Origin: Hemiscyllium ocellatum
Taxonomy: Eukaryota
Assembly (NCBI RefSeq): GCF_020745735.1
Contig: NC_083410.1
Span: 9,150,117 to 9,214,116 of the forward strand
Length of the DNA stretch: 64,000 nucleotides
Direction of reading: 5' to 3'
Below the pieces are notes generated by a model, which saw only the letters and a program-made list of their open reading frames with translations, searched no databases and was not told where the DNA came from. The position numbers and the translations under genes were made by a program. This document shows, piece after piece, positions 49,412 to 61,285 of this stretch (position 1 is the stretch's first letter; each line of letters begins with the position of its first letter).

Positions 49412-51050
49412 CACGAGGGGACTTCCACTGACACATTCATTCATTTGGCCAAACTGGTCCTCACTCTTAACAATTTCTCCTTCGAATCCTCCCACTTCCT
49501 CCAGACCAAAGGGGTAGCTATGGGCACGCGTATGGGCCCCAGCTATGCCTGTCTCTTTGGTGGCTACGTAGAACAGTTGATCTTCCGTAATTACACCGGC
49601 ACCACTCCCCACCTCTTCCTCCGCTACATTGATGACTGCATTGGCCCCACCTCGTGCTCCCGCGAGGAGGTTGAGCAACTCATCAACTTCACCAACACAT
49701 TCCACCCTGACCTTAACTTTACCTGGACCATCTCTGACACCTCCCTCCCCTTCCTGGACCTCTCCATCTCCATTAATGATGACCGACTTGACACTGACAT
49801 TTTTTACAAACCCACCGACTCCCACAGCTACCTGGATTACACCTCTTCCCACCCTACCTCTTGTAAAAATGCCATCCCGTATTCCTAATTCCTCCGCCTC
49901 TGCCGTATCTGCTCCCAGGATGACCAGTTCCACCACAGAACAACCAGATGGCCTCCTTCTTTAGAGACTGCAATTTCCCTTCCCACGTGGTTAAAGATGC
50001 CCTCCAAAGCATTTTGTCCACATCCCGCACCTCCGCCCTCAGACCCTACCCCTCCAACCGTAACAAGGACAGAACGTCCCTGGTGCTCACCTTCCACCCT
50101 ACCAACCTTCGCATAAACCAAATCATCCGCCGACATTTCCGCTACCTCCAAAAAGATCCCACCACCAGGGATATATTTCCCTCCCCACCCCTTTCCACTT
50201 TCCGCAAAGACCATTCCCACCGTGACTACCTGGTCAGGTCCACGCCCCCTTATAACCCACCCTCCCATCCTGGCATCTTCCCCTGCTAACGCAGGAACTG
50301 CAAAACCTGCACCCACACCTCCTCCCTCACCTATATCCAAGGCCCTAAAGGAGCCTTCCACATCCAAAGTTTTACCTACACATCCACTAATATCATTTAT
50401 TGTATCCGTTGCTCCCGATGTGGTCTCCTCTACATTGAGGAGACTGGGCGCCTCCAAGCAGAGCGCTTTAGGGAACATCTCCGGGACACCCGCACCAATC
50501 AACCACACCGCCCCGTGGCCCAACATTTCAACTCCCCCTCCCACTCTGCCGAAGACATGGAGGCCCTGGGCCTCCTTCACCGCCGCTCCCTCACCACCAG
50601 GCGCCTGGAGGAAGAACGCCTCATCTTCCGCCTCGGAACACTCTAACCCCAGGGCATCAATGTGGACTTCAACAGTTTCCTCATTTCCCCTTCCCCCACT
50701 TCACCCTAGTTCCAAACTTCCAGCTCAGCACTGTCCCCATGACTTGTTCAGACTTGTCCTACCTGCCTATCTCCTTTTCTACCTAACCATTCCACCCTCT
50801 CCTCCCTGACCTATCACCTTCATCCCCTCCCCCACTCACCCTTTGTACTCTATGCTACTTTCTCCCCACCCCCACCCTCCTCTAGCTTATCTCTCCACGC
50901 TTCAGGCTCTCTGCCTTTATTCCTGATGAAGGGCTTTTGCCCGAAACATCGATTTCGCTGCTCCTTGGGCGCTGCCTGAACTGCTGTGCTCTTCCAGCAC
51001 CACTAATCCAGAATCTGGTTTCCAGCATCTGCAGTCATTGTTTTTACCTC
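49412..51050 (+). mobile_element. 5'-truncated Penelope-like element (Neptune-type): RT, Cys linker, GIY-YIG, hammerhead motif, tail
   Basis: QTKGVAMGTRMGPSYA, FLRYIDDCIG, LPFLDL, IIYCIRCSRCGLLYI and ERFREH motifs. 50919-50954 reads attcCTGATGAagggcttttgcccGAAAcatcgatt. In-frame stops present. Confidence 0.95.
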
Positions 51051-51177
51051 GAAAATTAGATATCAAATCTGTGCCCACTGTAAAAGTAGGAGTCAAACCT
51101 CCACCCTGTCTAGCTAGCAATAGCAAGAATGTAGTTGGCTATGTGTGGAAAGATAGCATTCAACTAGGAGGAGGAAA

Positions 51178-51512
51178 GGAGGCAGGATGGCTCAGTGGTT
51201 AGCATTGCTGCCTCACAGCGCCAGGGTCCTAGGTTCAAATCCTGCCTCGGGCGACTGTCTTTGTGGAGTTTGCACATTCTCTCTGTGTTTGCATGGGTTT
51301 CTTCTGGGTGCTCCAGTTTCCTCCCACAATCCAAAGATGTCCAGGTTAGGTGAATTGGCCATGCTAAATTGTCCATCGTGTTCAGGGATGTGTCAGTTAG
51401 GTGCATTAGTCAGGAGTAAATGTAGGGGAATGGGTCTGGGTGGGTTACTCTTTGGAGGGTCGTGTGACCTCGTTGGGCTAAAAGGGCCTGTTCCACATTG
51501 TAGGGATTCTAT
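51178..51512 (+). mobile_element. HE1-type V-SINE
   Basis: A-box, GGTTCAAATCC B-box, V-domain and tail. Confidence 0.92.
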
Positions 51513-51814
51513 ATAAAAAAAGTCAGATGATACTGCAATAGTGAGTGATTTTGGTACAGTGGGGGAGGTCAGATAATCTTTATGTGGGTCAGCAGATTTG
51601 GTATAGATAAGTAAACAGCTGTGAATTAGACACATCACAATTCTGCATCATTTGGCTTTAATGGACCAAAGATAGGGCGTTACTAGGGAGCCAGGTGGGC
51701 AAAAACTAAAGGTTTCGTTGGTGTCAAGGGCAAGGTGGAAGTGGTACCATTGGTTTCATTTCAGATTCTCAGCATTCAAGGTTTCTTTTCCAAAAAAAAA
51801 CAATAAAACCCTGT

Positions 51815-51982
51815 AAACAAGATCAGAAATTGTTAGAAAGGTTCAGCAGAACTCAGTTCTGAAGCAGGGTCACTGTAGCCGAAACGATAACTCTGCTTGC
51901 TCTGCCACATCTGCTGAGATTTCCAGCAATTTTTGATTTTGTTTCTGATTTCTAGCATCTGCAGTTTTTCGGTTTTGTTTAT
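51815..51982 (+). mobile_element. Old fold-back PLE-terminus mini-element
   Basis: agttCTGAAGCagggtcactgtagccGAAAcgataact, followed by a ctagcatctgcagttttt tail. Partial inverted arm at 51815-51850. Confidence 0.65.
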
Positions 51983-53769
51983 GTTTAGAATAACACACTG
52001 AACTTTTCCAATACAAGCATTGCATCAAGAATCAAAATTAAAACCAAAAAGAATTTCTGAACAAATTATGAAGATGTTGAAAATGCTGCTCCAGAAAGGT
52101 CTGAAAGCAGAATTAACTGCTTTTTAAAATGGAGATAGATGACCGGCAATAAATTGGAATTGAAGAGCTACTTTAGTTAACAAAATGGAATGGACTCAAT
52201 GGGCCTGCTGACCTATAATGACTTGCATAAAATGAAAAGATCCTTCTTTTGATGCATTTGAGAATTGGAGGAAGTCTAAACATTTTTGCTCTTAAAGCTC
52301 TGTTTTCAGTTCTTCCAAACTAACATCCAACAATATGTGAAAAGAAATTGGCATTTTTTTGGAAAAATTTATTTTAACCCACCTAAATTATTTCGTGCGG
52401 GGAAGGAAATAAACAAATAACAGAAAAATTAATTAATAACAGGTCAAAAAAACAATTTTAATGCAATATGCAGCCTTGCAGCCAACAAAAACAACTTAAT
52501 CACAAAACTGCTTTTTTTCTGTATGTTCTTAAAGGCTAAATCTCAGATTGCATCCTTTCATGGGATGTGGATGTTGCTGGCAAAGCCAACATTCATCGTT
52601 GCAACCTTCATTACCTACATCCTCCTGCCTTGTAGCAAGGCCACTCCGAAGCACAATTAAAAGTCAACAACACTGCTGTCGTTCTGGAGTTACATGTAGG
52701 CCACATCAGGATGGTAGACTTACTTCTCTAAAAAACATAAATGATCATATGATCTTTACAATAATGATAGCTTCAATGGAACTAGCTTTGAATTTCAGAT
52801 TTACAATTGGATTTAAATTCCACCAGCTGCCCAGTTCTATGGATCACTAGGTAATAGCACCACAACAACTCCACCACTTGGTGGCTACTTGGATATCAAA
52901 ACATACCCAGAAACCAACTCATTATTCTTACACTGTTGTCAGACTGCCATGGAGAAAAGCTAATAGCAGCTCTAAAAATTTTAGATGATAGAAATAATGG
53001 GCAATGGGTCACAGATCTGCGTAAAGCATGTGTAACCTTAGATTTATTCATATCTATTTGTAAACTTCCCTTAATATCTTCCACCTTTCAATGCACTTTT
53101 TTTTAAAAACAAGTTAACAGCCTCCAACAGACTGCAACATTGAAATGTAAAGTAGAGCATATGACTTACTGACTGGAACGACAAGAAGACTTTGTTTGCC
53201 AGAAAGATGTTCCATTAGCAGATTAGCTTAACTTTCTTTTCCATAGGGATTATGTTTATGGAAAGTACTGAGGGAAGGGAGGAAATGGTGAAGAAAAGCT
53301 GACTGAAATACACCCAGCAAGGGGAAATAGTCAAAGCAATAAGGAAGGCATTACTTCCAGGATAAAATTCTAAACTCTGTAGCATAGCTAATCACATAGT
53401 TTGTTGTCTCCTTGCTAAACAACTTTTCTCCACTGGGCCTTCACAACTTCCACTACGAGCAGTTTTACAATTACTGAACATTTTTCCTCATTGGGTAGCC
53501 TATAAACACAACTACAAATGCTTCTGTTACCAAATAATGAGTTGCATTTTATAAATTACTTTCACTCCTCAAGCCTGCTTCATGCTGCAACATGAAGTCG
53601 GATAATGTTTCTTCAACTCATTTCTGAGCCTATTATTATTATTAAAGACGGCTGTGCCATGTTGGATTTTGCCCACATTACCACAGTTGGCTTTTTCTAA
53701 AAAAAACAAAAATATTTTTGTAATGTTGGATTTAATATTTTCCTTGAGAGGAAGCCATCATTTTAGAAC

Positions 53770-54155
53770 TGGCAGAAGGTCATGGGTTCAAACCTCACTT
53801 CATACTGAGGACTGAATCAATGCTGTCACCCAGTTCAGTACAGAGGGAGTACAGTGTTGTAATATTGAAGATACTGTCTTTTGATGACATGTAAACTTAA
53901 AACCATTCGCTCTCCAAATTGAATGGAATCGATCCCACGACACTATTCTGAAGAACAGCAGTGCAGTCTTCCCTGGTCATCTGGTCAACATTTATCCTTC
54001 AACCAACACCATTAAATCACATTGTCTGGTCGTTATCATACAGCTGTTTGTACACAGACAGCCTGCAACTCCTATATCTGCAACTACACTTCAAGAATGC
54101 AGCACTTCATTGACTATAAAGCACTTTGTGGCATCCAGAGTTTATGAAAGTCTTT
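53770..54155 (+). mobile_element. Deu-domain SINE (SacSINE1/AmnSINE1-like), decayed
   Basis: gggttcaaacc B-box, cagtacagagggagt, gatcccacgacactattctgaagaacagcag, aacatttatccttcaaccaacacc and an L2-type tail aaagcactttg. Confidence 0.7.
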
Positions 54156-55189
54156 CAAAAAGATCTGAAAACATTTAGGTTGATCTTGTGAAGCACACTG
54201 GAACATTTTACAACATTAAAGACACTATGTAAATGCAACATGTGAGGTTCCATGCCATTAGCAGGAGGAGCTTAACTAAGCAGATGCTAAAGAATATGCA
54301 ACTCTTAAACCAAAGAGTAGACATTAACCTCTGAGTGCCAGCTCAGAAAAACATGGGTCATGAGGGAGCAGCTAATAAAATGATCTGTTTCCTCAGCGAT
54401 AGCAACAAACCACCTGCTTCTTGAACCAATCTCACATTGTAGGCTTAGTGGAGAAGGTATGTCCATCATCAGGGTCAAGTAAGTGACATCCAATTTTATT
54501 ATAGTCAAGAATCTTTGGAAAACTGCCGATGGCTGTATCATGTTGATTATGTCAATAAGGTAATTTTTTTTTTGTTTTGACGTATTGTTTTATAATCATC
54601 TTCTATTCAGGAAGGAAGAGTCACATGGTAGATCTGCCAGTCAACAGAGTTACAGCTCTTTGGAAAGATACATGAATAGGAAAGATTTGGAGGCACATGG
54701 GCCAGGAGCAGACAGGTGGGACTAGTTTAGTTTGGGATTATGCTCGGCATGGACTAGTTGGATCTAAGGGTCTGTTTCTGTGCTGTACGACACTTTGATG
54801 GGATCCCTGGGTCACGATATTACTTAATTAGGTACAGAGAGATAAAAAAAGGCTTTCCTCATCATGATGCATAAGAATCACTTATAGGAGTGGCTGCTGA
54901 CAATGAGTTGAAGTTAATATTTAGCTCAAAAACCAGAAGTTGTAAGGTAGCATTATGGGGCAACGAAGTTGAATTGCAATGTCGTATTTTGTTCTTTCAT
55001 ATTCAGAATCTAATCTTGAATCCAGCGATTGTGCTTTCATTAGCAATGGAAATAGCCACTTGTTAAATGATCTTGAGAAAGGTAGTTTAGTTTACAATTT
55101 GTATGCATCTACAACCTGATCACATATTGATTATTTAATTCCAAAGTCACAAGTCAAAGTCCCGTTGAGAAAGCGACCCATGACATTAT

Positions 55190-55760
55190 TAACAAGCGTT
55201 TATATAATGCCTTTAATGCAATAAAACATCTCAGTGTGCTTCACAATGAGCATTATCAAACATTTGACATCAAAACACATCTTCAAGCAGATGACCAAAA
55301 GTTTGGTTGAAAAGGTAGGCTTCAAGAGTGTCTGATAAGGAAGAGAGGTGGAGAATTTTAGAGGGATGGAATTTTAGAATTTAAGGCCTTGCCAGCTAAA
55401 GACACAGGTGTCAATGGTGGAACAACTATAAGCCAAAAATAGAAGGTTGTTGGAGTTGGAAGTGAGTACAGAGACAATGGTGTGCTTGGCCATGGAGAGA
55501 TTTTAAAACAAGGATGAGAATTAACTGGGAGCCAATGTAGGTCAGCAAACACAGGGATGATGAGTGAACCAGACTTAGTATACATTTAAAAGGGCAGCAG
55601 AGTTTTACTGGAGCTTAGGTTCATGGATGGATGGAGATGAGAGGTCAACCGCGACTTCACTGGAATAATCAAATCTTGAAGGAACAAAATCTTACATGAG
55701 GGTTTCAACAGTACATATTCTGAGGCAGGGCCATATTACAAAGATGGAAATAGAGGGCTT
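55190..55760 (-). mobile_element. L2 LINE 3' fragment
   Basis: ORF 55358-55585 contains IIPVFADLHWLPV, the L2 C-terminal signature. Confidence 0.8.
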
Positions 55761-56057
55761 TGTCAAAACCAACCCTGAAGTATCTAGGGTACATGGAAAA
55801 TAACTCAGATTTAAGCCTGTACACAAATTGTGCCCAATCAAATGGTTCATTACAATACCAGAGATTAGGCATTTAAATTGATACTGTATAAGACAGCCAC
55901 AGTTTCAACACCAAAATTGTTTTTGCAACAATTGACTTCAACCACCTCATTCAATAGTTGCATTAAGAATCAGCCTCAAAATCTCGTCCAACAAATCAAT
56001 GTTTTACTTATCAAGCTGATGAAGGAGATGATAAGACCATATTGCAAAGATCTACAG

Positions 56058-56667
56058 TGTAGTACAGGAATTCGGTGGTCATGTGGCAGCTGTACAGGAC
56101 ATTGGTTAGGCCACTGTTGGAATATTGTGTGCAATTCTGGTCTCCTTCCTATCGGAAAGATGTTGTGAAACTTGAAAGGGTTCAGAAAAGATTTACAAGG
56201 ATGTTGCCAGGGTTAGAGGATTTGAGCTAGAGGCGGAGGCTGAACTGCCTGGGGCTGTTTTCCCTGCAGCGTCAGAGGTTGAGTGGTGACCTTATAGAGA
56301 TTTACAAAATTATGAGGGGCATGGATAGGATAAATAGACAAAGTCTTTTCCCTGGGGTTGGGGAGTCCAGAACTAGAGGGGATGGGTTTAGAGTGAGAGG
56401 GGAAAGATATAAAAGGGACCTAAGGGGCAACTTTTTCATGCAGAGGGTGGTACGGATATGGAATGAGCTGCCAGAGGAAGTGGTGGAGGCTGATACAATT
56501 GCAACATTTAAGAGGCATTTGGATGGGTATATGAATAGGAAGGGTCTGGAGGGATATGGGCCGGGTGCTGGCAGGTGGGACTAGATTGGGTTGGGATATC
56601 TGGTCGGCATGGATGAGTTGGACCGAAGGGTCTGTTTCCGTGCTGTACATCTCTATGACTCTATGAC
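56058..56667 (+). mobile_element. CR1 (HER1-like) 3' fragment, young
   Basis: ORF 56279-56584 GDLIEIYKIMRG..RVVRIWNELPEEVVEA..FKRHLDGYM; (ctctatga)n tail. Confidence 0.95.
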
Positions 56668-56790
56668 ACATCCAAACAGGTTAGAACCAGCATGGTGAAT
56701 GACAAAGCTGACAACCACCCATATCATGTTCACTTTTATAATTGGGGGCCAAGTAGAACTTTGTTTTGGGAGGTATGTTGAAGGCCTCAA

Positions 56791-58283
56791 AATATCTGGA
56801 TTAGTGGTGCTGGAAGAGCACAGCAGTTCAGGCAGCATCCAAGGTGCAGCAAAATTGATGTTTCGGGCAAAAGCCCTTCATCAGGAATAAAGACAGTGAG
56901 CCTGAAGCGTGGAGAGATAAGCTAGGGGAGAGTGGGGATGTGGAGAAAGTAGCATAGAGTACAATAGGTGAGTGGGGGAGGGGATGAAGGTGATAGGTCA
57001 GGGAGGAGAGGGTGGAGTGGATAGGTGGAAAAGGAGTTAGGCAGGTAGGACAAGTCTGGACAAGTCATGGGGACAGTGCTGAGCTGGAAGTTTGGAACTA
57101 GAGTGAGGTGGGGGAAGGGGAAATGAGGAAACTGTTGAAGTCCACATTGATGCCCTAGGGTTGAAGTGTTCCGAAGCGGAAGATGAGGTGTTCTTCCTCC
57201 AGGCGTCTGGTGGTGAGGGAGTGGCGGTGAAGGAGGCCCAGGACCTCCATGTCTTCGGCAGAGTGGGAGGGGGAGTTGAAATGTTGAGCCACAGGGCGAT
57301 GTGGTTGATTGGTGCTAGTATCCCGGAGATGTTCCCTAAAGCACTCTGCTAGGAGGTGCCCAGTCTCCCCAATGTAGAGGAGACTGCATCGGGAGCAACC
57401 GATTCAATAAATGATATTAGTGGATGTGCAGGTAAAACTTTGATGGATGTGGAAGGCTCCTTTAGGGCCTTGGATAGAGGTGAGGGAGGAGGTGTGGGCA
57501 CAGGTTTTACAGTTCCTGCGGTGGCAGGGGAAAGTGCCAGGATGGGAGGGTGGGTTGTAGGGGGGGGTGTGGACCTGACCAGGTAGTCACAGAGGGAACT
57601 GTCTTTGTGAAAGGCGGAAAGGGGTGGGGAGGAAAATATATCCCGAGTGGTAGGGTTGCTCCCGATGCGGTCTCCTCTACATTGGGGAGACTGGGCGCCT
57701 CCTAGCAGAGCACTTTAGGGAACATCTCCGGGACACCCGCACCAATCAACCACACCATCCCATGGCCCAACATTTCAACTCCCCTCCCACTCTGCCGAGG
57801 ACATGGAGGCCCTGGGCCTCCTTCACCACCAGACGCCTGGAGGAAGAAAGCCTCATCTTCCCCCTTGGAACACTTCAACCCCAGGGCATCAATGTGGACT
57901 TCAGCAGTTTCCTCATTTCCCCTTCCCCCACCTCACCCTAGTTCCAAACTTCCAGCTCAGCACTGTCCCCAAGACTTGTCTAGACTCGTCCTACGTGCCT
58001 AACTCCTTTTCCACCTATCCACTCCACCCTCTCCTCCCTGACCTATCACCTTCATTCCCTCCCCCACTCACCCACTGTACTCCATGCTACTTTCTCCCCA
58101 TCCGCACCCTCCTCTAGCTTATCTCTCCACGCTTCAGGCTCACTGTCTTTATTCCTGATGAAGGGCTTTTGCCCGAAATGTCGATTTCGCTGCACCTTGG
58201 ATGCTGCCTGACCTGCTGTGCTCTTCCAGCACCACTAATCCAAATATCTGGTTTCCAGCATCTGCAGTCATTGTTTTTACCTA
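56791..58283. mobile_element. Inverted (fold-back) Penelope-like insertion, about 1.5 kb
   Basis: Left part is antisense PLE 3' region (56791-57652); right part is sense with tail (57654-58283). Flanked by gaaggcctcaa (56780-56790) / gaaggccgcaa (58284-58294). Hammerhead motifs near 56853-56888 (-) and 58151-58186 (+). Confidence 0.93.
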
Positions 58284-58419
58284 GAAGGCCGCAAGTCAAC
58301 TGACCCCCAACATGTACATAGTTTATGAGCCAAACCAAACTAGCTAAAGAGAACACATTTTTCCAAGTTCATTAATTAAATGGATACCAGTACAATGCTA
58401 CATCAGGGTGGTATGTGGT

Positions 58420-59292
58420 TTCGAGAGGAACTTGTAGGTGTGGTGTTCCCATGTGTTTTCTGCCTTGACCTTCTGGATAGTAAAGATCACTGGTTTGGAA
58501 GTTGTTGTCAAAAAGAGCCTTGATCAGTTACTGCGGTTGATCTTGGAGATGGCACACATTGTTGCCACTGTCTATCAGTGGTGAAAGGAATCAATGTTGA
58601 AGGTGGTGAATGGGGTGCCAATCAAGTGGGCTGCTGTCTTGGATGGTATTAAGCTTGAGTGCTGTTGAAGTTGTACGCAGTGGTACAGTATTCTTTCACA
58701 TTTCTGACTTGTATATTGTGGATAATTGACACATGGGGGTGACAGGAGGTGGAGTTATTCACCAGAGAACTTTTTGCATCTGACCTTCTCATGCAATCAC
58801 AGTACTAATATAGCCAGTCCAATTCAGCTTCTGGTCAAACGAAGGCCCTAACATGTTGATCATGGTGGATTCAATGCAGATAATACCATTTAACATTAAT
58901 GAACGGTGATTAGATTCTCTGCTTTTGGAGATGGTCACTGCCTGTCATTTATGTGACACAAATATAACTTGTCACTTGTCAGTACAGGCCTGGACATTGT
59001 CCAGATTGTGCTATATATGTACACAGATTGATCCTGTATCTGAGGTGTTGTGAATGATGCTGAACAATGATGATTAAACAAAGAGTACTACCACTTCTGA
59101 CCTTATGATGGAAAGAAAGTCATTGATGAAACACACTAAAGTATTTGGCAGAGGACACAACTCTGCCAATAACCGCCAATAACCACAAACCTCCTTCTTT
59201 ATGCTAGGTATGACTGTTGTTGCTCGGTATGACTCCAACCACTGCAGAGTTTTCTCCATAGTTCTTATTGCCTGTAATTTTGCTCGGGCTCT
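58420..59292 (-). mobile_element. Old CR1/L2-group LINE RT fragment
   Basis: ORF 59074-59259 contains CFINDFLSIIRSEV. Similar to 3960-4340. Confidence 0.7.
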
Positions 59293-59303
59293 TTAAATGA
59301 CAT

Positions 59304-59467
59304 CCGAGTCTAGATTAAAGTGGTGCTGGAAAGCACAGCAGGTCAAGCAGCATCTGAGGAGCAGGAAAGTCGATGTTTTGGGCAAAAGCCCTTCATCAGG
59401 CTCTATTCCAGCACCACTGTAATCTAGACTCTGGTCTCCAGCATCTGCAGTCCTTGTTTTTACCTCC
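59304..59467. mobile_element. Fold-back PLE-terminus mini-element with 11-bp TSD
   Basis: TSD ttaaatgacat at 59293-59303 and 59468-59478. Arms gagtctagatta..gtggtgctggaa / ttccagcaccac..taatctagactc. Minus-strand CTGATGA motif. Confidence 0.88.
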
Positions 59468-59490
59468 TTAAATGACATACCTAGTCAAAT

Positions 59491-59700
59491 AGAGATCAGT
59501 GTGCTGCTGGAAATGCACAACTGGTCAGGCAGCATCTGAGAAGCAGGAAAATTGATTTTTTGAGCAGGAGCCCTTCATCAGGAATGGGGTGTGGAAGTGG
59601 CTGCGGAAGCGGCCGCGCAGAAATAAAGAAAAAAAAGTGCATTTCCAGCACCACTCTAATCTTGACTCTAATCTCCAGCATCTGCAGTCCTCACTTTCGC
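59491..59700. mobile_element. Second fold-back PLE-terminus mini-element with 15-bp TSD
   Basis: TSD catacctagtcaaat (59476-59490) / catacctagttaaat (59701-59715). Arms tgctggaaatgcac / gtgcatttccagca. Confidence 0.88.
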
Positions 59701-59879
59701 CATACCTAGTTAAATGCAAACACTTCAACTTGGCTGTTACATTCAGCTCTTTTGTCCATGTTTGATCCAATGACACAGTGAAGTCAGGAGCCTCAGTTGT
59801 TTCTTCTTGTTTATTAACCTCTTTAATAATAATATGATATAATTTTCACAAATAAGAAAAGTATTTCATGTAAGTAACA

Positions 59880-61285
59880 CCATTCGGAGTTGTTTGACAA
59901 GATACCTCACAAAAGACGTAGGATAAGAGTCCAGTGTTGGAGGCAGTATATTGGCATGGATAGAGAATTGTATCATGTACAGGAAACTACAAATGGGGAA
60001 AAAGGAGTTCTTGTACAGGCTGGTGACCTGTGACCAGTGAAGTTCCACAGGGATCAGTATTGGCCTTGCAATTGCTTACAATACATATTCATGATTTGGA
60101 GGAAGGAAGTGAATGAACTGTAGCCAAACTTTCAGACAGTATGTGAGAAGGGATGCAAGTTACAGAGAAATATTGATAGATTAAGTGTGCAAAAAGTTGG
60201 CAAATGAAATATAATGAATGAAAGTATTAAGTTGTTCATTTTTGAAGGAAGAACAAAATATTATTTGAATCCAGAAAAATCGCAGAAAGCTGCAACACAG
60301 AATCATAGAATCCCTACAGTGTGGAAGCAGGCCATTCAGCCCATTGGGTCCACACTGACCCTCCAAAGAGTAACCCATCCACACCCATTCCCCTACCTTA
60401 TTATTCACTACCCCTGACTAATGTACCAAACTTACACATCCTTGAACACTATAAGCAATTTAACATGGCCAATTCACGTAATTTGCACATGTTTGGATTG
60501 TGGGAGGAAACTGGAGCACCCAGAAGAAACCTAGCAAACAAGGTGGAGTATGTGCAAACTCCATAGAGACAGTCGCCTAAGGCTGGAATCAAACCTGGGT
60601 CCCTGGCGGTGTGTGGCAACAGTGCTAACCACTGAGTCACTGTGCTGCCTGCAAAGGAACCTGGGGCATTAATGGAATGACGGCCTTTATTTCAAGGGAG
60701 TTGGTGCACAAGTGTAGGGAAGTCTTACTGCAACTGAACAAGGTTGGAGAGACAACATCTGGAATACTGTGAGCAGTTTCTTGCCCCTTGTTTAAGGAAA
60801 GATATCATTTCATTGGAGACAGTTCAGCAAAGGTTCACTAGGATGTCTCTGGAGGGATTCGCTTGAGCAAAAGCTCAACTATTCAATAGAATTTAGAAGA
60901 ATTAGAATTGATCCCATTGAAACATACGGGATTCTGAAAGCATGACAGGATAAATGCTGAGAGAATGTTTCCCTTTATGGGAGAGTCTAGGACCAGAGAG
61001 CACAGAATAAAAGGATGTCAGTTTAAGACTGGGATGAGGAGGAATATCTTCTCTCAAAAGGTTGAGTCGCTTTGGAACTGTTTGCTACAGAGAACTGTGG
61101 GAGCAGAGTCCTTGTGGATATTGAAGGCTGAGGTAGGTAGATTTTTGATCAGTCAGGAATCAAGGGTTAGGGGAAAGGAGAGAAAAGTGGACCTGAGGTA
61201 CATCAGATCAGCCATAACCCTGCTGAATGGCAGAGCAGGCTCAAGGAGCCCAAGGTTTTACTCATGTTCCTATTTCTTATGGCCT
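59880..61285 (+). mobile_element. Old CR1 LINE RT-to-3' fragment interrupted by an HE1 SINE
   Basis: VPQGSVL, TVAKLSDS and FSQKVESLWNCL motifs. Confidence 0.8.
60300..60649 (-). mobile_element. HE1-type V-SINE
   Basis: Antisense head, V-domain and gggattctatgatt tail. Confidence 0.9.
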
